Positions 34,801 to 43,305 of a DNA stretch of 64,000 nt are shown here, in pieces. A program made the translations under genes and the position numbers. Positions within the stretch are counted from its first letter, which is position 1, and the number at the start of each line of letters is the position of its first letter. The notes beneath the pieces are model-generated. The model did no database searches. It worked only from the letters and a program-made list of their open reading frames with translations, and was not told where the DNA came from. Source of the stretch: Iphione sp. A-MEVVRFRX5 (lineage: Eukaryota); contig OZ320313.1 of the NCBI GenBank assembly GCA_976226885.1, positions 155,992,001 to 156,056,000 of the forward strand, given 5' to 3'.

Positions 34801-37800
34801 GACCAGGAGGGTAAGTAAGAGTAGAAGACTATTCCAGCAGGAGAGAATGCAGACAAAAACCCTAGACTAAGTGGGCTTTGCGTGCTGCCTTTCGGTTGGA
34901 AGAAAGAAAAAGTACCAAGTGGCCGAGGACAGTGTACCTAACACGATTCCTGCGTCGTGAGACCTCCTTTTGTTGCCGACTGGTTGGGGGAGCCAGCGTT
35001 GGAGAAGGTAGGATAGGGAGAAGGAGACGGAGGACAGGACAACGAAAAGGGGTTTGCCATCCCTTACGACCACATCCGTATCACGTGGCTGTGTTTGCAT
35101 AAACCCAACAATCCCCCCCCACGTTCATAGTGTGTGATCCAGATCAGGTGGGGCCTACCGGGCCTTCCTGCTCGTATGCATATGAAGAGTCCTTCAGGAT
35201 CTCCTAGCTGGAACCAGTCCCTGTCTTAGTGATGCTCCTCTTGTTTCTCGGGAGTTTTGTTTCGGATTATGTTCACACAATGAGCACCGCATCATGGGGG
35301 GAAAGCCGCCGACCAACTATATTGCACGCTACAAACTCTCAGTGGATGCATTATGGGGACATGTCGGTACGTATGTGTCCCATGACAGTATAAATGGTAT
35401 TAATTCACTGCCTCCTTTCGCAACATAAAATGCCGTTTCCTTCTCTCCAATACAAATGAAAGCTCCTTTTCCAGCAGTCGGGGCAGGAAAAAAGGGCAAT
35501 AGTGTACACAAGAAGGTCAGCCTTGTATAAGCGTTGGCGGCCTAGACTGTTTATAATCCGTCAAGTCAGACGTGTCGATGCACTTCAGTCATGAGCCTGC
35601 ACGCCATGTCACAACTTACCCATGGCCCCTGCCAGCCATTCACCCTACCGACCTCCCTTCTCTCAGCCTTGCCCACGACACCAAGGGGCTCGGATGCTTC
35701 CTAAGCCGAAAGGGACAAATTGCCGAATGAAACGCCAATTACGTGTGTGCACACGTATAGTGTAGATGGTATAATTATATGTGGTGGTTTGAAACGCTTG
35801 GGACAGTAGTGTTCTTCCGTTACTAGTTCAACCATTCATTTATTATTAAAAAGTGCCCCATTAAACAGAACACATACAATCATTATCCTGGCACAATTTC
35901 CTCTACAACGCTACACATCAGTTAGTTTCTTGTCTCTGTTCCCAATTGGTTCCTGAAATAATGCATCATTATTTGGCATGTGGTAGTCGTATTCAGCAGC
36001 GTCCAAGTGAGCTACATCCTTGAGAACTGAAACGTAGCTGAGATCCAGACCAGATGCTGAATATGTATACAGGGTAGCAAAGGGAATCAGGACCTTCTCA
36101 TCCAGTTAGGGTTTCATTCAAATGTACTTTCTATTTTCGGTAGGGGGCTAAACCCAGCCGAGTCGCGAGCAAAAACTCATAGTCGGTTTACCTGTGATCA
36201 CTGAACTGGAACTATCTGGCTTTCTTACTGATGTCCGAAGTTCAATTTGGAGCCTCCCTCCATTCTTCACCGAACTAGACACTCACACAGATACACACAC
36301 TCACAATCACACACACAAACACACAAGGCAAAAGCGGCCCACCTCCGAACTCAGGCTAAACATTTCACAGTCGCCAATGATCGTTGAGACCACTCCCCAC
36401 CGGACCAACAATTGCTGTTCAACAAAAGGTTGGAAACTTTGTCTGGTCCGGGATATTCAGATCGAGAGTGAATGTTTAAGTAGGGTTGCGCCTTCATCTT
36501 ATGCTATCGACCTGAAACCCAGTTTGACAGCTTAAATGGTGGGTTCAAGATCACCTGCCAACTGACCGACAAGGATAGACTAAGTAGGTGAAGATCAGGG
36601 AGTTAGCTTTAAGTCAAGAAGGACAAAACTACAGCTCGAGAGCTGCATGAATCATCTACATAACGTGCCCTCCATTTCTAGTAATTGTTTATTGAGTAGA
36701 ACAAAAGCCTAACCTAGATTATTTGTAGAAATAAACGTTGTCATGGATCAATTGTTTCCAAGGGTAACTGAAAGAAGGAAGCTGTATACCCGAACATGAA
36801 TGTAGAGCAGACTAGCCTATTTGATCGCCGATGACAAACTGACAAATGGTTCACATCAGACCCCTCACTCTATGCTCTATTTGATACTGTAGCCCCTGGT
36901 GTATGTAAGGATTCATGTGTCTGGGTACCTTTTGACAGCAGCGATGCTTGCTGACTGCTAGTTATGAATGCAACTCTTTGTATTGGGCTTCAAATAAAGA
37001 TGGGGATAAATCAATTCAACTTGACTCAGACCACGAGGCACTACCAAATAATAGTCTGCACTAACTAACGCTTGCATGTCCTATGATACCTACATTAAGA
37101 TCGTCACATTAAATCAACTAATTATATGTAGGTAGAGCAAAACAAGTGGATTCATGAAAAAGGGGTCAAATCAACTGGAAAGAAGGTCGTTTCTTTTACA
37201 GTTGCTTTTTCATTTTTCTAACTAGGGCACTATCTATGCTAGTGGTCGAGCTTGGAACCATACATTTCTTCTTCGGGCACCTTCCATTTGGTCAATGTTA
37301 GCCATTCTTGCACCAGCCATTAAGGATGTGGTACTGGTACTGTGACTAGTGTGTCATGTCCTGTACGTTTTCATTGGCTGGTAAATATACCAGGGCTTTT
37401 TAACTTTAAAGTTAAGTGGTAGATATATACCAGAACATTGCCCTGGACATTTTGTTCAAATAAAATAGCCGAATAGTTGGTATCTAGTACCTTACTTCTT
37501 GTAGCGGAACCCATTTAAAGCTAGGGTCTTCCTGTTTATCAAGCTGAATTAATTCAATTTAGGAAGTTAATGTGCCTTCTCTTGTTTTATGTCCAAACTG
37601 TACACTGTGGTTGTCCTGCTTCTAAAGGCACAAAGGGTTACTGTTTTAAGAGTGGAGTAGATATATGAACACATGAAGATTCTCCCATAAATATATTGGT
37701 CGGTGGAGGAAGTCAGAGAGACGAGGGAGAGAGGACGAAGAGTGGTAGCTAAGTGCATGCCTGAGGAGAGGTAACAAGCAACTAATAGGAGGCTGAGGAG

Positions 37801-40800
37801 AGGTAACCCAGCAACTAACGATAGAGATATACTACGTGGTTAGTAATTGAGAGTATTCACTAGCATGCACTAGTGTATTTCAAACAGACTTTTTTGTCAT
37901 CTAAGGCTCTAGCAGGCAGATGCCTTGACAGCCAAATTTGACCTTACCACACAGTAGATGCAGATGTAAGTCGTTCGAAAAATATGTATCGCAGGCACAG
38001 TATAGAATGAGCTGTGAATAACACGAGAAAAAACTTTTTTTTAATTAAAACCCTGTTTTAACTGCACCAATCGATGCAGAAGCGTGCCATATGGTGCTAG
38101 TTCTCATCCCGCAATGTGAGCAAAGTTATACAATCGTTTACACCGGACGTCGGTCTATAGTTTCGTCAAGCTAGTCGGCGATATATGCACACGAGAGAAG
38201 TACTACGGTGCTTGTTCCGTCATTCATGCTGCCGAGTCAGTGACCCGTGGGCAAGGTCAGGGGCGTGTTCAGCCGGGCGTGAATCGAGCGCACGACCCTC
38301 CTTCCCATCGAGCTCACACCAGTCATAATGAACACAGAACAGTCCAGGCAGAAAGCTATACAGCATGGAAAAAAAGGGTTTGATGGCGACAGCGGTGAGG
38401 GTGGATTACCCGAGTGTTGGAGCAATGTTAGGAAAGAGTGGCACATAGAAATCGATCTTGGAGCTATAATTGCTATACCGTCAATCATTCATTGTATATA
38501 CATGTACATACGTTTAATGGTATAATCTAGTCTCTTGAGATCATTTTTTCTCACTTTTTAGCGTGTGCCGCTTGCGCATACGCGTGACTCGAAAGACCGC
38601 GTCGTTGATGCTCTAGTTATGACATCATACTGTACCGGAAATAGGCCGAACATGAAGACGAGGCTGTTGGGTCCAGGCCACCAGGTGGCGTGGACCTAGA
38701 TGGCCTATAAGTAACCCCCCTTGTTTCCCCTTGGGGCACATCGACAAACTGAACGTCTATACCCCTGAACTGATTCCCTGCATGTACGTGCGTTGGTGCA
38801 AGTTGCTACAGCAAGCGGGTTATTAACCATACTGGCCTATTATTAGAATCCATATATCTTTATGATAACTCATCCTTAATCCTATTTTGCTGTCCTGTCA
38901 AGTTCTCATATGTACAAGAGTGTTTCTTTTTACTTGTACACCTGTCTCCCACTGCGGTTATTACTAACGCATCACTTTGGATTGAAATGTCATTTTTCTG
39001 CAATTTTTTATCCTTAATAACACAACCACACGGACAGCTACAGATGCTATCAGCGGTCGTTTGCATGACTAGGTCATTGAAAAGGCATGAAGAAACGGCC
39101 ACATGATGTATCTCGTAACACCCAGTGCGTAACCACCAGACCCTGAGACAGGAAACATAAAATATTGCCGTGACGATAATGAACCAACCTTGGGTGGTTT
39201 CTTCATTGGCAAGGATGCTTAGCACAATCCCATTCGCTCGGATATACGTGCAGGACGTCATGGTTAAGGTAGCCAGGGAGAACAAGACAGACTCGTTTCA
39301 TGAATAAATGAAGAGAAGGACAACAATGAATCCATTTTCAACGCCCTGCTCTGCTTTGGCATAAAGAGCGTATACACTGCCAGCTCGTAGTGTGGATAGA
39401 TATATCTGTATACATTATACGTACCTATGAGGTCAACATAAATAGAAGGGGCCCCGCAGTTAATTGATTTGTGATGTATCTATAATATGCATGTATGTAT
39501 ATATGTATAGTATGCACATACATGTATACATGCATGTGTGTAATATTACTCCTGTAAGGGCCCTGGCACGTTAGATGCCAAAAAACTGCACCTGCTTCCG
39601 GAGGCTTTAATCTTCTTTTCTGTCAAGACTTCACATCTACGCCAACGGCAATCACATCCATGTGATTGCCCTTGCAAGGTGTATGGTTATGTAGGTTATT
39701 TGGGATCCTAATTGTGAGGCCCACCTGTCAATGGATACGGTTGCCTAGCAAAAAGTCGTAATTCTACCCTGGTGGGTCGTAGTTTTCTCAGGTAGAATTG
39801 TCCTCCAGCAGGCGTTCAGCTGGAAAAGGTGTGCTCATGTCAAGACTGCCTGGAGTTCACCGTAGACAACTGGGCATGAGAGGAGGAGGAGACAGCTTCA
39901 GGTTATGTAGCCCCCAGGTGTTGTCCTGGTGACTTCTCCCAGTTACAGCCATGACAATGTAACCAGACCTCAGCAACCATGCTGGGTCTTGCCAGACGCG
40001 GTTGTCAGCTTGTAATGAGGAGCTGAGTGAAATGCTTTTTAACTGGAGCTTTCCGCCTTAAGATGACATTGGCAAGAAACTGAAAGGGAGGGAGTGTCCG
40101 TTTGGGGTCCACTATATAAGAATGGTCCCTAGAGCCTAGCCAGCCTTACATACAAACGCAGGACGACTTCGTGTTACCTTCAGGACATACGCATTGTAAA
40201 CCAACAACAACCATCACATTACATGGCCCAAACCCTGAGGCCACCGATCCCCATGTACCCAACCCATTCACTCGTGTGCTCTCTCCAAATAACGCCTTCA
40301 AATGACGGGGCAAAGAAAGTAATGCTAGACAGTTCCATTGTACCATCGTCCAATGTTGGCACTGTCATCTTTCTCTTTTGAGAGGGACACTGGATAAAAA
40401 AAGACTTCTAAACCTGAGTGTCCTGTCTATAATAGTCGGAAGTTAAATTCGAAATGGTGAAAAGGAACAACCACTGCATAAATATGAAAGAGGCTATTTT
40501 GTCTGAATACCATGCAAGCTATGGTTGGAGACAGGGTGACAACTCTGCATTGCCGATAACTATGGGAAAGTTTATCATACAGAGGAAGGCATTGCCTGTG
40601 CAATAAAAGTCGGTCGAAGAGAGTGCGACCATAACTTGGACTGAAAAATATTATGTAAGAGGTACATAATGGCTTTTAAGGTAGAAATAAAAAAGAGAGT
40701 AGCTAGTATGCAGGAAGGCGTTTCCGACATGAATGGCTGCTTGGCTAGTTGTAAGTCCCACTTGGCTCCGAGCCCTGTCTGTCTGAGGGGGTCGGGGGGG

Positions 40801-43305
40801 GGACTGGCAGTGCTAACCTCTACCTGTGCGGCGGCTCTCATTCTCACCTCACAGCAGCCACCACACATGTCAGATGGGCCCAAAGGACGGGACGTTCCCA
40901 TGGAGGATACCTGAGGTCCAGGTCCCGGTCAATGCTGCCCGCGGCCTCCGAGTGGCTTCAAAGTAAATGAATGTCAATGCAATATGGAAATATACATACT
41001 CTGAATAGATTCTGGAACTCCCTCGCCTTATGCCGTGTGTATCTGGAGTTCCGGGAGAGATATATGAGAGATATATCCGTGTAAACATCAGGCTGTGCAC
41101 AATACCCTGTTGCATGCACATGTATATGGCCCGGAGCCGGATATGTTTACAGAGAGAGTCTATTAGATACACGGCATCTTTTGTGTCTTCATAGATACTG
41201 TTCCAACAACAGCGCCCAAAACGTCGAGGTTAATAGGTACTGCAGGGAATTAGTCTTTCCGAGTTTCCGAGTGCAACATGGACCCTAGTATAGCGCGAGG
41301 AGTGGCCAGCCAAGGATTGGAGGGTCGGGGCAATTAAAAGGGGCCGCATCCTGGACGCTTTGACCTTCATCGGTCAGAGTTCAGGGAGATCTGTCACCCA
41401 CAGGTATAGAACACTAGCCAGCACTGGGCGCAGTGGCCACTCCTCCTTCCCAATGAAAGGGACAGGCCACTTCATGCGATGCACTAACTCACCTATGCTT
41501 CGTTTTTATACCAATATGTGCATGGGTATGTTTGCGTGTCTGTCTATATGAATGGTCTGACGTGTATGTAAGATTGGATGTGGTCATGTACCTGTGAACG
41601 GTGAACCAAAGACTTACGTCGCGATAGATATCGTGCTACCTTGCTACGTTGCAGGAAGTTCAACTCATTGGTGCACCTCTGCGATCTTCTAAAGACCGTT
41701 TAGTGTAGCAGTCCTGGAACCCCTACGTACCTCATCAGCATCGTGGTCTCTTCTCTTCTCCACTCCCCCTCTCTATCTCCCTCTCCCCTGTCTGTCTGTC
41801 TGTCTGTCTGTCGGTCGGTCGGCCGGTTCCTGTATACCCTGTGTCCACCAATGTATTTGCTTTACCCAGTTCTAATAACAGGTAACCTTCCTCAAAGTTG
41901 GCCTCTCGAGTGGGAAATGACAATAGAGGCGTGTCAACGTTTGTTGTCTGGTCAACGATAAAGCAGGGGTGGTAAGACCGGGGAGGGTGGAGGAAGGGCA
42001 TCGAGCACAGGACGTGACAATCGCCAATGGTCTGTTTTGGACAGTAAGCATTGCTATTGTTGAGTGATAGGGCAGTATTTCCACTGCAGCCGGCCCTCTC
42101 AAAGGACCACTCAGCGCAGACCTACCGCCACTTGCAATCCGCTCAGCCGTCATTGTGCGTGTCTTGACCTTTGACCCACGTTTGAGTGAGTCTGACTCCC
42201 TTCTCTCTTTTGTATTCGACCCACCTCCTTTTCCTCCGACTTCCACCGTCTGCTCCCCAACGCCTTGCACCTACCTCCCACCAACCACCACCACCCCCAC
42301 TTCCATTTTCTTTTACTGCGGGATTTCTTGCCAGAAGACTCCGTCAGACTTCCTTGGGGCGCCGCCGACAGACTACTTTAAAAAGCCAGCCAGAAAAGAG
42401 GCCACGCTATGTTGAATCTTTACATAAAACCTGACTCGGCCCCCAACCACGGCCGCCTCCTTCTTCCCCCCATTGGCCTATAAGTGGTTTGGTTCTATCG
42501 CTTGTGGGGGGAGGAGAAGGGAAGGGGGGGCAGGAATATGGTCTGACTGTGGATACATACATGCGGTTGGAACAGAATCAGACGAGTTAAGGAGGTAGAA
42601 AAAGTGGGCATTTTCATTCCTGTGGTTTATATGACAACGGGCTCCACGTGGCCAGATCACGCGGACGAATATAAAAAGATAATATTGTTGTGTATACTTG
42701 ATTGCCTATCGATTGAAAGCATTCGGTGTTGGAACTACTTGACGGTTTTCTGACCAGGTGTGACCAACGACGCGTCTCATAAAAAAAACAGACCTGAAAG
42801 GTCCTATATGCATATATGTACATGTAAATTTATAGCTTGTATGGAGTGTAGGCCTTGGCAACTGAACTATTGTTGCAGCAATTTATACATTCCCTCAGAG
42901 ACAGTATGTATGTGATCAGCGCCGTGTGAAGCAGACTTGGCTAGGGATAGTACTTGTCTCAGTTGATAAAGTGTCTGAAAACGACCAGGTCGATGAAAGC
43001 TTCTTCTCTTTCTCTTAAATATATAACTTTAAGGAAACTTTTCACCTACTCTCCAGACTACACTGTAATGGGATGCGGGTAATTGACCCCGGGGTGATGA
43101 ATCACTTACCTTACAGGCAACAATCACAAGGAATAGGAGCCTTTGATGCGAGGCTATCTATAGACTCCCAGACACACCCTCATTAACTAAGTCTCGCTGC
43201 ACTTCCTAAGTCACAATAAGGAAAAGAGAGAAAACTTACCTGGACAAGGAGAGAGGAGGAATAGATCCACAGAAGGATGTACGCTGAGTAACTCCGATCC
43301 AACAT
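13825..43305 (-). CDS. Multi-exon astacin-family (M12A) zinc metalloprotease, BP10/SpAN- or nematode-astacin-like: SP-pro-astacin-EGF-CUB-EGF-VWA-Thr-rich-TSP1-CC tail; 15 coding exons, about 997 aa
   Basis: Exons 43240-43305, 28538-28750, 27281-27488, 26618-26753, 26149-26221, 25628-25831, 20736-20859, 18907-19035, 18386-18507, 17700-17824, 17175-17305, 16013-16828, 15282-15774, 14919-14999, 13825-13897. All introns are GT-AG with matching phases; the sum is 2994 nt (998 codons including stop). Zinc motif HEIGHSLGLFH, Met-turn SVMHY and furin site RRRVKR are present. Confidence 0.88.
14919..14999 (-). CDS. Astacin exon 14: TSP1 C-terminal part (ELAVREAPCNEKKCQEWCLRYIARVYY); not in ORF track
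   Basis: E..CN...C TSP1 ending. Acceptor aatattttgcag|, donor AT|GTAAGT, 81 nt, phase 2-2. Confidence 0.85.
15282..15774 (-). CDS. Astacin exon 13: Thr/Arg/Pro-rich mucin-like stalk + TSP1 N-terminal part (CMWEKVSNCSKPCGGCGRERWRYVC); not in ORF track
   Basis: Open minus-strand frame rich in ACN codons. Acceptor aatatag|, donor GA|GTGAGT, 493 nt, phase 1-2. The plus-strand poly-Val and poly-Cys ORFs are its antisense shadow. Confidence 0.92.
16013..16828 (-). CDS. Astacin exon 12: second EGF + Pro-rich linker + complete VWA domain
   Basis: CPTNPCHNGAFC...CECRSGYYGPYCD, then DLVVLLDSSVS ... RVGIISY ... AVIVTD ... GIHIVAIGVG. Acceptor ttttctttacag|, donor G|GTCAGT, 816 nt, phase 1-1. Confidence 0.93.
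17175..17305 (-). CDS. Astacin exon 11: CUB C-terminal part (LCCRSTPTETFLSDGADMLVVFKS...RGFKFHYSA)
   Basis: S.G..M.V.F.S......GF...Y CUB signature. Donor G|GTATGT, 131 nt, phase 2-1. Confidence 0.95.
17700..17824 (-). CDS. Astacin exon 10: CUB middle (AQQGYRVKLWFTGQFGLYCFSNRCRHWVEVRHNGDLGRTGPR)
   Basis: Frame not shown in the ORF track. Acceptor ctctcccccatcag|, donor AG|GTGAGC, 125 nt, phase 0-2. Confidence 0.93.
18386..18507 (-). CDS. Astacin exon 9: CUB N-terminal part (CGGALTA...VSSPEYNRGYYDIGTECSWKIT)
   Basis: CGG...SP.Y...Y....C.W.I CUB signature. Acceptor ccatttttag|, donor ACT|GTAAGT, phase 1-0. Confidence 0.95.
18907..19035 (-). CDS. Astacin exon 8: EGF-like (SCANRGYQDPKDCSRCRCPDGLGGRFCE)
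   Basis: C.N.GY.DP..CS.C.CP.GLGG..CE pattern typical of BP10/NAS astacins. 129 nt, phase 1-1. Confidence 0.96.
20020..20061. repeat. 20-bp tandem duplication
   Basis: atgtctaaaataacaaaa(a/g)t twice. Confidence 0.9.
20736..20859 (-). CDS. Astacin exon 7: end of catalytic domain (AFSVNGRPTV...IGQRVELSFADMKIINLAYCT); not in ORF track
   Basis: Canonical AFS.NG.PT...IGQR..LSF.D...IN..YC. Acceptor cttctttgcag|, donor A|GTGAGT, 124 nt, phase 0-1. Confidence 0.96.
25628..25831 (-). CDS. Astacin exon 6: zinc-binding HEIGHSLGLFHEHQRIDRD and Met-turn YDLGSVMHY
   Basis: Extended HExxHxxGxxH motif with catalytic Glu intact. Acceptor ccccaaacag|, donor ATG|GTAAGG, 204 nt, phase 0-0. Confidence 0.97.
26149..26221 (-). 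CDS. Astacin exon 5 (GCYSFIGRSSIVPQPIYLSYTCFSS); not in ORF track
   Basis: Matches the astacin GCWSYVG...Q.I.L...C motif. Acceptor attttcatttcag|, donor TCT|GTACGT, 73 nt, phase 2-0. Confidence 0.92.
26618..26753 (-). CDS. Astacin exon 4 (LIKSAIDMWTQGTCLEFVQ...PHILFSKVPGWG)
   Basis: Typical astacin 'AI..W...TC.F' segment. Acceptor tttttttcag|, donor GG|GTACGT, phase 1-2. Confidence 0.92.
27281..27488 (-). CDS. Astacin exon 3: end of propeptide, furin site RRRVKR, start of mature domain (KWDTKIYY)
   Basis: Acceptor cacttcag|, donor C|GTAAGT, 208 nt, phase 0-1. Confidence 0.9.
27787..27865. repeat. Near-perfect 40/39-bp tandem duplication
   Basis: cacacgtacttcagatccgccttcccctttatcctgcaga twice, differing by one T. 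Confidence 0.95.
28160..28300. repeat. Degenerate ~32-bp minisatellite
   Basis: Recurrent catca(g/a)attt gccagtttt units. Confidence 0.6.
28538..28750 (-). CDS. Astacin exon 2: Cys-rich propeptide (GLLERRIVWSPRMML...CINARRTVRQVE)
   Basis: Acceptor ttttcttaaacag|, donor GAG|GTGAGC, 213 nt open, phase 0-0, six Cys. Assignment rests on phase and position. Confidence 0.75.
37761..37818. repeat. ~32-bp tandem duplication
   Basis: ctgaggagaggtaac(a/cc)agcaactaa twice. Confidence 0.85.
38631..38827 (+). mobile_element. Possible short solo LTR
   Basis: Begins TGT, ends TTAAC, flanked by an identical 5-mer CATAC (38626-30, 38828-32). Internal TATA-like ctataagt at 38705. Confidence 0.35.
41788..41822. 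repeat. (TCTG)n/(TCGG)n microsatellite
   Basis: Direct read. Confidence 0.9.
41830..42200 (-). mobile_element. Decayed non-LTR retrotransposon (LINE) APE endonuclease fragment in astacin intron 1
   Basis: Frameshifted pieces LTQTW (about LTETW), VEILPYHSTIAMLTVQNRPLAIVTSCARCPSS (about E.L...PL.IV.VYRPPSS) and HPCFIVDQTTNVD (about C.I.GDFNVD), in the expected order. Confidence 0.4.
43240..43305 (-). CDS. Astacin coding exon 1: signal peptide MLDRSYSAYILLWIYSSSLLVQ
   Basis: ATG with A at -3, a 22-codon hydrophobic stretch, and donor CAG|GTAAGT at phase 0. It joins phase-0 exon 2 to give ...LLVQ|GLL, a plausible cleavage site. The link spans a 14.5-kb intron and is inferred. Confidence 0.72.

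Noticed and set aside
38328-38525. KEWHIEIDLG resembling a discoidin (F5/8C) W..IDLG motif
   Set aside because: One short motif, no convincing splice sites or other domain parts.
41731-41738. CTGATGAG hammerhead core on the minus strand (also 58751-58758)
   Set aside because: No stem II followed by GAAA and no closing stems.
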